Shown: positions 1-10,310, counted from the stretch's first letter. The stretch is 64,000 bases of DNA from Alphaproteobacteria bacterium (GCA_964291285.2 OZ219787.1:2080001-2144000); one strand, 5' to 3'. Numbers and translations: made by a program. Notes: generated by a model not told the origin, from the letters alone.

Positions 1-1291
1 CGCCGCCACCCGATGCCCCGGCCTGCGGCGCCCGGCTGCCGAGCGCGCTTACCGGCGTGCCCACCGCCGTCGATATATCCTCAGAAATCTGGAGGAGGGC
101 CTTGAAGCTCTTCCTGTCCCGATCCTTCAGGGCGAGCATCGGCGGCGTGACCTCCGGGGCGCTCACCACGGCCCAGTTGAACTCTCCGATCCGTTCCGCC
201 ACCCGGAAGAACAGGCTGCCCGCCGTCGTCCAGCTGCCGTCCTCCGCTTGCTCGGCCGCCAGCTCCTCCCGCGTCTGCGAATTCTGAGCCGCGCCGGCCC
301 TTTCCACTGCCGCATCCACCACCCGGGCATAAGCTTCCACCGCGCCCGCAACCGCCGTGCTCACGGCCGACCAGTCCATCGGATCGCCAAACCGCTGCCC
401 GTCCTCGTAAGGCTCCGCAATCCGCTTCGCGACCGCCACCAGCACATTGCGGGCCTGCTCCATGCCCTCAAGATGCGCCCTCGCCACGTCGCCCCGCGGC
501 CCCTCGCGGTCCAGCCCCGCGAATCTCACCTCTCCGCAATGGCTCCTAATGTCGTAGCCCCTGGTCCCCTGCGCCACCTCATAGCGCCAGACCTGCCCGC
601 CCCTCGCCGTCGTCTTCACGGGCCCTGTCGCCAGCCGTTTCCCCGCCAGCTCGCGGCAGACCTCCACGACCAGGAAGTCGACCATCATCACCTCCCGGCC
701 CTCGGCCGACGGCCTGGGCGCCGACACCCCCGAACTTCCCAGAAGCGACGCCGAAAACGGCTTCCACACCGATTGCGCGAAATCCCCTCCCACCCCGGCC
801 AGGTCCAGGACGATGTGCTGCCCGCCGGAAGGCCCGCCCGGAAGGGGGACCAGAAGGGCGATCGACGCCACGATGCGCACGATCTCCCAGCCGCCGAAAC
901 CGAGGCGGCCGGTCCGGCCGGTATCCATGACGCCGGCGGCCGTGTGATAGATCAGGAGGACGCCTACGAAGACCAGCACGCCGGCATTGAAATAGCCGAC
1001 CATCTCTCCCAGCGCCGCATAGGCGGCATTGCCGCCGCCGTCGCCCCCTCGCAGCAGGTCGAACAGGTCGCGGCTCGCCTCGTCCACGATATCGAACAGG
1101 TCGGACTCGAACCCCTGGCCCCACGCAAGACCCGTGCCCAGCGCGGTTCCAAGACCCACCAGCGCCAGCCCGGCCACGAGCCGGGCCGCACCGCGCCTCG
1201 ACCGGAACCGGTCGATGCCAAGACGGCTCCCTTCCGGTAGGCGCCACAATGCGCCGACCGAGTCCCCGATCCGTCCCGCCGACGCCCTCAT
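1..1291 (-). CDS. dotA: DotA/TraY family inner-membrane protein (partial, runs off the left edge; absent from the ORF track)
   Basis: Manual translation from ATG 1291: YFNAGVLVFVGVLLIYHTAAGVMDTGRTGRLG..WEIVRIVASIALLVPLPGG..GQHIV..GVGGDFAQSVW and later GSWTTAGSLFF, both typical DotA/TraY motifs; no stop before base 1. Confidence 0.85.
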   Translation of the reverse strand, partial: MRASAGRIGDSVGALWRLPEGSRLGIDRFRSRRGAARLVAGLALVGLGTALGTGLAWGQGFESDLFDIVDEASRDLFDLLRGGDGGGNAAYAALGEMVGYFNAGVLVFVGVLLIYHTAAGVMDTGRTGRLGFGGWEIVRIVASIALLVPLPGGPSGGQHIVLDLAGVGGDFAQSVWKPFSASLLGSSGVSAPRPSAEGREVMMVDFLVVEVCRELAGKRLATGPVKTTARGGQVWRYEVAQGTRGYDIRSHCGEVRFAGLDREGPRGDVARAHLEGMEQARNVLVAVAKRIAEPYEDGQRFGDPMDWSAVSTAVAGAVEAYARVVDAAVERAGAAQNSQTREELAAEQAEDGSWTTAGSLFFRVAERIGEFNWAVVSAPEVTPPMLALKDRDRKSFKALLQISEDISTAVGTPVSALGSRAPQAGASGGG

Positions 1292-1344
1292 CTGACCGAG
1301 CGACCGCCCGAACTCCGGAAGGAAGAGCAGCCGCAGCAGCCCCA

Positions 1345-2481
1345 TCAGCGCTGCACCTCGAGCCAGTCAGCGAGGCCCGGCAGCCGGCGCATTTCCTCGG
1401 CCGCCGCCCCGAGCCGCGCGGCCTCCATCGCGCCGCGCCGCTCGTCCATCTGGTAGCGCTCCCAGGCGAGCATCAGCGACGCCGCCTGCAGGAGCGTCAG
1501 CTCACGCAGCAGATTGTCCCGGTTCATCGACTGCAGGCCGACCGCCCAGGCCGGGTTCTCGAAGCGCCGCGAGGTGAGGACCTCCAGCAGTTCATGCCGG
1601 CTGACCCGGCCGCCGCTGCCCGCCGCTCCCGGCGCCAAGGCCGAAGCCCAGCCGCCAAGGTCCACAGCCGGCTCGCGTGCGCCGCGCGCCCGGGCAAACC
1701 AGTCCGCGGCAAGAGCCGCGCGCGCATCCGCCGAACGCGCCAGCATCGCGAGCTCGCGGTCCTGGTCGGTATCGACGGCGCGCAACGGAAACCGGTCCCA
1801 CGCGATCGGGGCCGCCAGGTTCCGTCCGAGCTCCCCGGCCGCCAGGCGCTGCCTGTCATCGCCGAACGTGTCCACGTCGAACAGCGAGCCCGCCTTGAGG
1901 TCCGCGTCGTGCCTCGACGGGTCCCCACTGCAGACACCCGCGCCGGCCTGCAGACGGCTCTTGCTGCAATGCTCGCCCGTCCAGACCCCGAAGCGCCGCC
2001 TGGTGTCCGCCGCCAATCCCGCCTGGTCGCCGACTACGGCCGCATCGCCACCAATCCGTCCGGTCTCCCGGGTCGCGGCGCGTTCGCCCGCCTCGGCGCC
2101 CCCGGCGCGGCTGGCCGCCAGACCCGCCATGCCCGTCACCGTCCGGCAACCGGACGAGGTCGGACGATGCTGCAGCTTGGACTGCGTCTCGGCTTCGTCG
2201 CGCGCGATCTCCGCCAGCAGCTTCGTCTGCGCATCGAGTGCGTCGGTCACCGACTTCGCGCCCTCGGCGATATACCCGGAGAGCTGCGCCGTCTGGAGCT
2301 CCAGCGTCCGGACAATGGAGCTCTCCATCCGGTCGATGCGCGCATTCACGTTGCTGATCACCGTTCGCGCCGCCGATCGCGACGCACTCCAGGCGCAACC
2401 GCAGCAACCCGCATGCGCTGCCGGCGCCGCAAGCACGATGACCAGAACCGCCAGGACGGCTGCCCCCGCTCCTCGAATCAC
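1345..2481 (-). CDS. Secreted TraW-like conjugation protein
   Basis: Signal peptide ending AAHA then GCCGC, helical body with Cys pairs; GTG overlaps upstream TGA; lies between traV-like and traY as in IncI1. Confidence 0.55.
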   Translation of the reverse strand: MIRGAGAAVLAVLVIVLAAPAAHAGCCGCAWSASRSAARTVISNVNARIDRMESSIVRTLELQTAQLSGYIAEGAKSVTDALDAQTKLLAEIARDEAETQSKLQHRPTSSGCRTVTGMAGLAASRAGGAEAGERAATRETGRIGGDAAVVGDQAGLAADTRRRFGVWTGEHCSKSRLQAGAGVCSGDPSRHDADLKAGSLFDVDTFGDDRQRLAAGELGRNLAAPIAWDRFPLRAVDTDQDRELAMLARSADARAALAADWFARARGAREPAVDLGGWASALAPGAAGSGGRVSRHELLEVLTSRRFENPAWAVGLQSMNRDNLLRELTLLQAASLMLAWERYQMDERRGAMEAARLGAAAEEMRRLPGLADWLEVQR

Positions 2482-2957
2482 GAGTCCTGCCCTCCCACGA
2501 TTCCCCGAAACACATCCCCGGCGTCCGGATCCACCCCCGGAAGCCGGCGCGTCCTCGGCCTCGCATCGACATCGAGACCGGGAAGCACGCCCAGCTCGCG
2601 ATCGAGCCCGTAGGTCGCCCGGTCGAACGGCCGCGTGACCCTCTGCCGCCATATGTTCCTCGCCGCATCGCAAAGCTGCCCGAACAGGTCCGGAAGCGAC
2701 GGCAGCCGCACCAGCGCGTCCCATGTCGGAAAGTTCAGCAGGTCGCAGGAGAGGTCGTAGATCGAGTCCGGATCGCCGATTCCCTCCTCCTGGTGGCGAA
2801 TGAGGACCTGGTCGCGCTCCACGCCGCGCACGGCCGAATCCTCGAGCGCCTTCGCGACCGCAGGATCGCAGTCCGCCGCTTCTTTCGACTGCCCGGCGGC
2901 CGGGGCCGCCGCCAGCAGCATCGCAAACAGGCCCGCCGCCGCCGTCAGCCTCCTCAC
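2478..2957 (-). CDS. Secreted Cys-containing protein, TraV-like by position
   Basis: Signal peptide, CDP...SC...LC pattern, GTGA coupling at both ends. Confidence 0.5.
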   Translation of the reverse strand: MRRLTAAAGLFAMLLAAAPAAGQSKEAADCDPAVAKALEDSAVRGVERDQVLIRHQEEGIGDPDSIYDLSCDLLNFPTWDALVRLPSLPDLFGQLCDAARNIWRQRVTRPFDRATYGLDRELGVLPGLDVDARPRTRRLPGVDPDAGDVFRGIVGGQDS

Positions 2958-3205
2958 GGTCCGTCCTCCGCGAAGAGACCGGACCATGCGGGGTCGGCCT
3001 CCGCCTGCAGCCGCGCCGCGCAGACCGAGCACAGGTCCTCCTCGACCCACCAGCACGGCCCGTCATGCATGTCCACACAGGCATTCCAGTCCCAGCACCC
3101 GCATTCCCGGCAGACCGGATCGCCAGGCGCAGGTGGTGGAGGCGGGACCTCGAAGATCGCCTCCGCCAGCGCACGGCGCAGTTCGTGCTTCTCATCCGGA
3201 CCCAT
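2954..3205 (-). CDS. Small Cys-rich putative zinc-binding protein
   Basis: CRECGCWDWNAC..GPCWWVEEDLCSVC; AGGAG-containing RBS upstream of ATG 3205. Confidence 0.65.
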   Translation of the reverse strand: MGPDEKHELRRALAEAIFEVPPPPPAPGDPVCRECGCWDWNACVDMHDGPCWWVEEDLCSVCAARLQAEADPAWSGLFAEDGP

Positions 3206-3252
3206 GACCTCACTCCTTCGCTGCTCCGATATCCGCATCGCGCGCCCGCCGA

Positions 3253-6240
3253 CTACGCAGCCGCGCGTGCGGCCGCCCGCACGGTTTCTTCGGCAAGCCC
3301 ATCCAGGATTTCCCCTTCCTCAACCGACGCCTCCATGCCCCGGCCCTCCAGGGCGCGGAACTCCGCATCGATCCGGTCCCTGGCCGACCCGGACGGGAAC
3401 ATGGCAGCCAGCGCCGCTCGTCCGGCCGCCGCCCCGAGCCGCCCCTGGACCCTGTTGCGAAGCGCGACGTCGCGAGGCGCGGTGTTGAGCGCCCAGAGCT
3501 CGACCGGGCCCACGGAGTTCACCAGCATCTGTTCGAGCCGCCCGCCGGCGTCCATCGCCACATGCAGCGCCGGCGCGCCCGTCCTGGAAGGTCCCGTCAG
3601 GCGGAACCGGATGGCTTCGACCGCCGCATCCCCCAGCGCGAACATCTCCGCCAGATGCCTCGCCTCATCCTCCGTCGTTCCGCCCGAACCCAGGATCCAG
3701 AACCCCGTCGCAAGCTCGGCCAGGTCGCCGAAGTCCCCCTCGCGCTGCGAGGCCAGCATGAGCCGCACCCGCTGCTTGCGCGCCTCCCGGACGTCGCGGT
3801 CCACCTGGGCCCGGACGCCCGGTGCGGCAGCCGTGCGGTGATACTCGTCGAACACGAGCCGCTTCGGCGTCTCGCGCACCTCCCGGATCCGCTGCCTGTG
3901 CCACTCGCGGTAGCGCTCCTGGACCGACATCAGCACTTCCTCGCCGATCCACCAGTGCCTGGTCAGCACATGCCGTGCCAGCATGTACATGGCCGCCGTC
4001 TGCCGGTCCGCCTCCGGCGTCCCCTGCGGCGCGACAGCCCCCAGATCCATGGCCGCGACCCGCACATGCCCGATATCGAACGCCGTCGGCTCGAACATCA
4101 GCGGCCACTGCCCCGAAAGCGCCGTCAGAATCCGCACGACGGCCGCCGTCACCGGCTCGCCGCCCGACCCGTAGGTCGCCTGGCCCACCAGGTCCTGCAC
4201 TTCGGCCTGGCGCACCGCCGTCAGGCAGTCCAGCAATGTCGGCACCGCGTAGCGCTGCGCGCGCCCGGCCGCATCGATCTCGCCGGCCTCGAAAAGCAGG
4301 TCGACCGTGTCCCACCAGAGCGGCTCCGCCGGCAGATGAATGCCCCGGCGCTCGAGGGCGGCATCCACCTCGCGGTCCCGACCGCGCGAATAGGGATGCG
4401 GCTCCGCGCCCGGCCGGCCGTCCTCCCGCATCCGGTAGATCACGTCGATCATCGGCGAGATCGTCTCGGCCACCCCGTCCGGAACGCCCTCCGCTCCCGC
4501 CGGCGTCAGGATCAGCGACAGCAGGTTCGTCAGGAACGCCCGCTCCGGCGGGAGCGGGAACCGGCAGCCGAGCTGCGTGTCGCAGGGATTGATCGCATGC
4601 TCGCGTGTCATCTGCGGCGCGAACCATCCCACCTCGTGGCGCCGGTCCTCCGGCAGCGCCTCGCGGACCAGCGACATCAGTCCCGACGAGGACGGGCCGA
4701 TATCGACGACGGCGAGCAGAGGCAGGCGGCGGCGCCCGCCCTGCAGGCAGAAGGCCAGCGACAGCGACCCCAGCAGCACGCTCTTGCCCCGCCCCGGTAT
4801 GCCGTACACCAGGTCGAACCCGAAATCCCCGCTCTCCTCCAGGCTGTAGCCGAGCGGCTTGCCGTCCTCGCTCCGGAACAGGTAATCCGCCCTGTCGGCC
4901 CGCACCGCCGAGGCCGGCCGGAACAGCGGCAGCATGCCGAGCACGCTCTCCAGAGGCGCCAGCGCCGGCTCTGCCGTGCCTCCCGCCGCGAACCCCGGAA
5001 CCGACCCCGCGAACGCCTCGAGCACATCGCCAACGAGCGGAGAGAACTCGCACTCGCCCCAGCCCTCGCAGATCTGCTGCATACGCCCGAGCTGCCGCGC
5101 CAGCCCGGCTTCGCCTTCCTCACCGCCAACCCAGGTCAGGAGGCCGATCCGCAGCCTCACGATTGCCTGCTCGTCGCCGCGCAACACCTGCAGCCCCGCC
5201 AGCGCGTCGCGCACATGCCGGCTGTCTTCCGAGGTGATCGCCAGCACCGAGGCCGCGGCCAGCGCGATCGACGGCCCCGAGCCCGCGAGGCCACCGCCTT
5301 CGAGCAAGAGCGAGAACCGGAACGGGATGTCCGCCTCCGCAAGCCGGCTCATCAACTCCGAGAACGGCCGCTCGACGCGCGGCCCGAGAACCATGTCCAC
5401 CGCCCCGTAAAGCCGGCCGCCGATGCACAGCCGCCCGGACTCCACATGCGGCTCGCGCACCAGGAGCTGCGGCGCCAGCGGCGGCGGAAACGCGCCCAGC
5501 TCCGGCGGCTCGGTGAACCGCGGCCAGACCTCGTCCTCCGGACCGACCGGCCGCCAGTCCGGACCCGCCGCGTCCGGGCCGTTCAACAGCACCCGCATCA
5601 ACCGGACCGCTTCGCGCGAATCCACCGCCCACGCCATCAGGCGCGCTTCCTCCAGCAGGGAGACCACCGTCGACACGAACGCCTCGTGGCGCGGCGGCAG
5701 GCTGTCCACGACCTGGAGCGGGCATTGCGATTCCCGGATCGCCGGCAGCCACGCCTTCAGCCGGCTCTTCAGCTCACGCTTCTCGCGGCGCAGCTGCGGA
5801 CCGGGAATCACGTCGGGCCTGGTCCAGCAGGCGAGCGCGCAGGTCTCTCCGGTCAACAGACCCGCGAGCCGCTCCGAGCGCTCCCCAATCACGTCCCCGA
5901 GCGACAGACCCAGGCGCTCCGACTGGCGACGCTGCCGCGCCGCCGCCGCGTCGATGGCCTGACGCGCCGCGTCGGGAGCGCGCTCCAGCACGATGTGCAG
6001 CCCGTGCCCCCGATCCAGAAACGAGCCGTTCAGGCGCCGCTTCGCGAGCTCCACGAACCCGCCGAGCTCCTTCGACCCGGTAATCGACCGCGCGCCCTCG
6101 ATGCGCACCAGCGTCACCAGCGAGCCGTCATGGCAAAGCAGCGCGTCGCCGGCGAGCGCCACGGGCTCCATGAACGCTTCGAGCGGCTTGCGGCGAACCG
6201 TCCACCAGTAGCGGACCACGTCGTTCAGCTGCCGGAACAC
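3253..6240 (-). CDS. icmB: IcmB/DotO/TraU VirB4-like ATPase
   Basis: 995 aa; Walker A GIPGRGKS, DIGPSSSG, INPCDTQLGCRFP, Walker B FDEYH, GPVELWAL. Confidence 0.93.
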   Translation of the reverse strand: MFRQLNDVVRYWWTVRRKPLEAFMEPVALAGDALLCHDGSLVTLVRIEGARSITGSKELGGFVELAKRRLNGSFLDRGHGLHIVLERAPDAARQAIDAAAARQRRQSERLGLSLGDVIGERSERLAGLLTGETCALACWTRPDVIPGPQLRREKRELKSRLKAWLPAIRESQCPLQVVDSLPPRHEAFVSTVVSLLEEARLMAWAVDSREAVRLMRVLLNGPDAAGPDWRPVGPEDEVWPRFTEPPELGAFPPPLAPQLLVREPHVESGRLCIGGRLYGAVDMVLGPRVERPFSELMSRLAEADIPFRFSLLLEGGGLAGSGPSIALAAASVLAITSEDSRHVRDALAGLQVLRGDEQAIVRLRIGLLTWVGGEEGEAGLARQLGRMQQICEGWGECEFSPLVGDVLEAFAGSVPGFAAGGTAEPALAPLESVLGMLPLFRPASAVRADRADYLFRSEDGKPLGYSLEESGDFGFDLVYGIPGRGKSVLLGSLSLAFCLQGGRRRLPLLAVVDIGPSSSGLMSLVREALPEDRRHEVGWFAPQMTREHAINPCDTQLGCRFPLPPERAFLTNLLSLILTPAGAEGVPDGVAETISPMIDVIYRMREDGRPGAEPHPYSRGRDREVDAALERRGIHLPAEPLWWDTVDLLFEAGEIDAAGRAQRYAVPTLLDCLTAVRQAEVQDLVGQATYGSGGEPVTAAVVRILTALSGQWPLMFEPTAFDIGHVRVAAMDLGAVAPQGTPEADRQTAAMYMLARHVLTRHWWIGEEVLMSVQERYREWHRQRIREVRETPKRLVFDEYHRTAAAPGVRAQVDRDVREARKQRVRLMLASQREGDFGDLAELATGFWILGSGGTTEDEARHLAEMFALGDAAVEAIRFRLTGPSRTGAPALHVAMDAGGRLEQMLVNSVGPVELWALNTAPRDVALRNRVQGRLGAAAGRAALAAMFPSGSARDRIDAEFRALEGRGMEASVEEGEILDGLAEETVRAAARAAA

Positions 6241-6254
6241 AGCCAGCCAGGTCC

Positions 6255-6620
6255 CTACTGCATCTTTGGCCGGGTCAAGGTGCCGCCGCCCTGGAGATCG
6301 AGCGTCCCGCCCAGCATCTCTACTCCCGCCGGGAAGAAGATCATCGCGACGCCAACCAGCGCCGTCACCACCGCGCCCATGAAGCTCTGCTGCTGCGGAT
6401 TGTCCTGCATGCGCTTGAACTTGTAGAAGCCCATCAGCACCAGAAACCCGCCGACTACGTAGAAGAGTATCTGCACCAGCAGCGGAAAGCTCTCGAGAGC
6501 GCCGGCGCCTTTCTCCGCCATGTCCCCGAGGTCCTTGGAAAGCGCCGGCTCCGCCGCCGCAGCAAGCAGCAACAGCAGCGCAAGCGGACCGAGCCGTTCC
6601 GTAACCGTCTTCGAAGCCAT
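6255..6620 (-). CDS. icmD: IcmD/DotP-like pilin-type membrane protein
   Basis: Signal peptide plus two TM helices around KFKRMQDNPQQ, matching IcmD KFKxHKDNPTQ. Confidence 0.75.
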   Translation of the reverse strand: MASKTVTERLGPLALLLLLAAAAEPALSKDLGDMAEKGAGALESFPLLVQILFYVVGGFLVLMGFYKFKRMQDNPQQQSFMGAVVTALVGVAMIFFPAGVEMLGGTLDLQGGGTLTRPKMQ

Positions 6621-6648
6621 CTTCCTTCTCCTTTCGGGTTCAGCCCCT

Positions 6649-7197
6649 TCAACCTTCGGAAATGCTGAGCGGCGCGATGCCAAGCGTGTTCTGGACCCGG
6701 TCGATCACCCACAGGATGTGCCAGCCGCAGACGCCGCCGATGATGTGCGCGAAGGCCTTCCCGGCCGTCGCTCCATTGCGCCCCTCCGCCGAATCCCGCA
6801 GCACGAAGACGCCGCGCAGGAACGAGAACAGCCCGACGAACTGCACCACCTTGAACACCGCCCAGAGCATCAGCTCGTACCGCTCCGACCGCTCGCCCCG
6901 CGCATAGGCAAGGCTGGCGGCCGCGCCTCGCTCGGTGTCCCCGAACAGGGTGTGGCCCCAGGCATCCAGCCACTGCGGGAAGGTCAGAAAGACGATCGCA
7001 ACAAGGAATGTCAGCGCCGTGCCCGCGCCCGACGGCCCCCTGAGGCCCTCTTCCCCGGATCGCATCAACCGCAGCAGCGCCTGCAGGAACACGACCCCGC
7101 CGATCACGTAGCAGGCGATCTCCACCAGGAGGCTGCCCGGCACCAGCAACACCGAGACCAGCGAAACCAAGGCTTCTCCGATGCCCTGGCCGTCCAT
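6649..7197 (-). CDS. icmC: IcmC/DotE (TraQ-like) membrane protein
   Basis: Four TM segments; VQFVGLFSFLRGVFVL...GKAFAHIIGG motif. Confidence 0.8.
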   Translation of the reverse strand: MDGQGIGEALVSLVSVLLVPGSLLVEIACYVIGGVVFLQALLRLMRSGEEGLRGPSGAGTALTFLVAIVFLTFPQWLDAWGHTLFGDTERGAAASLAYARGERSERYELMLWAVFKVVQFVGLFSFLRGVFVLRDSAEGRNGATAGKAFAHIIGGVCGWHILWVIDRVQNTLGIAPLSISEG

Positions 7198-8372
7198 CAG
7201 CGCGGCTCCCTGCCACCGCCCGCCGTCCTCGGCACCCGCTCGACCCTCGGGGGCGCCGGCTGCCTGGCAGGACTTTCTGCAGCCGGCGCCGGTGACGTCC
7301 GCTGAAGCCTCCCGGCAAACATGACCGCCACTTCGGCATTCCTCGGAATCTCCACCGTCTGCCTCGACGGCGCCTGCTCCAGCAGCACCTGGCCCACCCG
7401 GCCCGCCGCCGCCGCGAGCCCCGCATCCCGCGCCTGGCGGGCGCTCCTGGCGCTCTCTTCCGTAACGACGGTTTCGCCGGCAACCGACACCACCCGGCGC
7501 TCCGGCTCGGCGCGCGCGATCAGATACCGCTCGACGAACCCCGTCGCCGCCGGCAGCAGCACCCTGTCCCACCAGTGATAGGAGACGTCTCCGGCCACCC
7601 CGAAACAGGCGCAGTCGAGACCCACCGCAACCGCATCCACCGACACCGTCTCGCCCGCGACGTCGAGCGAGGCGATCCGGATAACCATTCTCTCCCGGAC
7701 CAGCTGGAACTCGCCGCGCGCCACCACCCCGGCCAATGGCGGCTGCAGCAGCTCGATCAGCACCGGCCCCGGATAGTCCGAGTTCACCGCATGCATCACG
7801 CGCGCATAGAAGGCGTCGCCGGCCGCCACCCGCGGCAGCGGCCCCTTTGCGGGCGCCGCCGCCTCTCCCCGCCCACCGCCGGTACGTTCCTGCCCGCCGG
7901 AGGCATATGCGATCCGCCGTATGTCGGGCTCTCGGTTGATCGCCTCGATCAGCGCCGCAACGATGGCATCCAGATTTCCTTCATCCTCGCCCGTCCCGAC
8001 CGGAATGCTCGAAGGGTCCCGCTCCCATTCCGGCCGCGGCGCGACGGGTTCAACCGGCACGTCCCCGGCTTTGTCCTCCGGTTCCTCCTTCCCCGTCCCC
8101 CTCCGGACCGGAATCACTTCGGGCGGCTTCACCACTTCCCGTCGCTGCCCGTCGGCAGCTCCCGGCAGTACATCCATGTGCGATTTGCCCTGCTCGCCGG
8201 CCTCCCCCTGCCGCTGGGCATCCCGTTGTTCGATGCTCTCTCCGAACATCGGCGTGCCCACACCCTCGGCGGGATTGAATTTCTGCTCCGGCGTAATGCC
8301 CTCGATCGCCCACGCCGACGACAACGCCGCCAGGGCCAGAACCCCGCCAAGGACGAGCCGCGCCAACATCAT
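7197..8372 (-). CDS. icmE: IcmE/DotG/TraO VirB10-like core protein (short, no pentapeptide repeats)
   Basis: AGDAFYARVMHAVNSDYPGPVL...DVSYHWWDRVLLPAA...TVEIP..VAVMF C-terminal domain. Confidence 0.85.
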   Translation of the reverse strand: MMLARLVLGGVLALAALSSAWAIEGITPEQKFNPAEGVGTPMFGESIEQRDAQRQGEAGEQGKSHMDVLPGAADGQRREVVKPPEVIPVRRGTGKEEPEDKAGDVPVEPVAPRPEWERDPSSIPVGTGEDEGNLDAIVAALIEAINREPDIRRIAYASGGQERTGGGRGEAAAPAKGPLPRVAAGDAFYARVMHAVNSDYPGPVLIELLQPPLAGVVARGEFQLVRERMVIRIASLDVAGETVSVDAVAVGLDCACFGVAGDVSYHWWDRVLLPAATGFVERYLIARAEPERRVVSVAGETVVTEESARSARQARDAGLAAAAGRVGQVLLEQAPSRQTVEIPRNAEVAVMFAGRLQRTSPAPAAESPARQPAPPRVERVPRTAGGGREPR

Positions 8373-9301
8373 CCGCCGCCCTCGATCCCGGCGCCCCACA
8401 GCGGCGCACCGGCATCCCGGATCGACAGCCGCCGCTCCCGCCCGTCCAGCGAGACCCATACCTGCGGCGTCGAGGGAAGCCTGTAAGCCCACCGCCCGCC
8501 CGAACCCCTCTCCGCAGCCCAGGGCCCCGGCGACAGCACGACATGGCGGCTCACCAGCAACAGGTCCTCTCCCTGCCGCCAGGCGCGGTCGCCTGTCCCG
8601 CCACCTTCGACCTCGACCCTGACCGCGCCGGCCGGCGCCACACCCGACAGCAGCGCCGCAAGCTCCCCGTCGCCGGCATGGAAGCTGGCGGGGCGCATCA
8701 GCGCCGCCGCATCCACGCCCGGGCCCGGACGGCCGAGGCGCATCTCCACCCGGAAATCGCTCTCAGCACCGCCCGAATCCTGCAGCAGCACGACCATCGG
8801 CTCCGGCAGGTCCCGGAGCTTCACCACGAGATTGCCGCTGAGAAACCGGCGCTTCGGCGCGAGATAGACCAGATGGCCGCCGCCGTCCTCGCCGCCTTCA
8901 CCCGGCAGGAACTGCGAGTCCACCAGCACCTCCTCGATCGGCCATGGCGACCCCGTCGTGTCCGTCCAGGACAGCACCGTCGTGAACCCCTGCCGGACCT
9001 CGACCGCCGGCACACCGGCGCCGGCGCCCGGATCGACCGCGACCCGCCTGATCCGGCCGCTCGGCCGCAATCCCCGTCCCTGCGCCGCCGCCCGCTGCTG
9101 CTGGCGCACGAGCGCGCCCAGAACCCGGATATGCTCCTGGGTCAACGGCATCACCCGCCGACCGGCCGTCGCCGCTTCTTCCTCCGGAACCGCATATTCC
9201 GGCCAGACATCGGGCTTTTCCGGAGCCTGGCCCTCCGACATCCCCGCAATGACTCCCACGGCCAATGCCAGGATCGTCCGGGCCATATGCACGCGCTTCA
9301 T
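8369..9301 (-). CDS. icmK: IcmK/DotH/TraN core complex protein
   Basis: GFTTVLSWTDTTGSPWPI, GNLVVKLRDLPEP, RLGRPGP, VLSPGPW. Confidence 0.88.
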   Translation of the reverse strand: MKRVHMARTILALAVGVIAGMSEGQAPEKPDVWPEYAVPEEEAATAGRRVMPLTQEHIRVLGALVRQQQRAAAQGRGLRPSGRIRRVAVDPGAGAGVPAVEVRQGFTTVLSWTDTTGSPWPIEEVLVDSQFLPGEGGEDGGGHLVYLAPKRRFLSGNLVVKLRDLPEPMVVLLQDSGGAESDFRVEMRLGRPGPGVDAAALMRPASFHAGDGELAALLSGVAPAGAVRVEVEGGGTGDRAWRQGEDLLLVSRHVVLSPGPWAAERGSGGRWAYRLPSTPQVWVSLDGRERRLSIRDAGAPLWGAGIEGGG

Positions 9302-9942
9302 ATCCGCCTCGCCTTCGTCGCGATCACCTGCTCGATGCCGATCCCCGCCGGGCGCTCGTCGAACGGCACCCGCATCACGAGCACCTTCGTCACCATCTCC
9401 GTGGACGAGGTCTTCCGGCCGGCGTGGAACGTCACGATCATCGGGAACTCAAGCTGCCAGCCCGCGCGCCCGTCCGCGAATATCCGCGCGTCCGTCACCA
9501 CCGGAGCCCCCTGGGCCACCGCGCTTGCCACCTGGAAATTGTCCCTGATCCGGTCGAGATAGAGGCTCTCCTCCAGCCCGCCGATGAACGACTCGTAGCC
9601 CTCGTCAGTGAAATACTCGCGAACCGCACTCAGGCGCGGCTGCCAGTCGTGGTGCCCGAAGGTGAATGCCTCGGTCACCGCCGTCACGGTCCAGTTCTTC
9701 AGCGAGGCATCCGTGCGCACCGGCTGGTCCAGCCCCTGCGCCTCGATGACCTTTCCGTCCGGCGTCGCCGCGATCGTCACATAGACCGTGTCGTGAAGGT
9801 CGATATAGCTCCAGAGCGCCGCCGTCAGCAGCACGTTCATCGCCAGCAGCACGAAGGCGATCCGCCGCCAGCCGTGATGGGCCGACCGCTCGAACGAGAG
9901 GCTGCGCGCCGCCGCCGCAACCGCCTGGCGAAGGTCGCTCAT
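9298..9942 (-). CDS. icmL: IcmL/DotI/TraM (VirB8-like)
   Basis: One TM, ATPDGK, W...AVTEAFTF..DWQPRL...YFTDEGY, APVV, GIGIEQ. Confidence 0.9.
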   Translation of the reverse strand: MSDLRQAVAAAARSLSFERSAHHGWRRIAFVLLAMNVLLTAALWSYIDLHDTVYVTIAATPDGKVIEAQGLDQPVRTDASLKNWTVTAVTEAFTFGHHDWQPRLSAVREYFTDEGYESFIGGLEESLYLDRIRDNFQVASAVAQGAPVVTDARIFADGRAGWQLEFPMIVTFHAGRKTSSTEMVTKVLVMRVPFDERPAGIGIEQVIATKARRI

Positions 9943-10307
9943 CGCGCCCATCCGGGCACCCGGTCCGTCGCGACCCACGCCTGCAGAAGCTCCGGAACAG
10001 ATATCCAGCCTCCCAACAGGAAGACCGCGCACATCGCATAACCGACCAACCCGCCCACCTCGCCCCGCCGCCACGCGCGAAAGGCAAGGACGCCCGAGCA
10101 CGCCAGCCCAAGGATGAACGCCACATGCCAGACCCCGCCGACGCGGTCCTCCGCCGGCGTCCACCGCAGCAGCAGGTCCTGCGCCATGCTCCCGTACCGG
10201 TCCGCCAGACCGGGCAATGCCACCCCGACGCACAAAACCGCCAGCACGGCCACCACCGGCACCGCCCCCAGGCCCGCACCCGCCCCACGTTTCAACCGGA
10301 CGCCCAT
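9939..10307 (-). CDS. Small signal-peptide plus 2-TM protein (pilin-like layout)
   Basis: Hydrophobic pattern; YGSMAQDLL shared with the neighbour; stop overlaps icmL ATG. Confidence 0.6.
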   Translation of the reverse strand: MGVRLKRGAGAGLGAVPVVAVLAVLCVGVALPGLADRYGSMAQDLLLRWTPAEDRVGGVWHVAFILGLACSGVLAFRAWRRGEVGGLVGYAMCAVFLLGGWISVPELLQAWVATDRVPGWAR

Positions 10308-10310
10308 CGC

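Noticed and set aside
3562-6426. Long plus-strand ORFs opposite the tra/pil genes (also 1249-2613, 13718-15622, 27297-29285) and minus-strand ORFs opposite the RND/ABC genes
   Set aside because: Arg/Pro/His-rich shadow frames typical of high-GC DNA, opposite genes with clear family motifs
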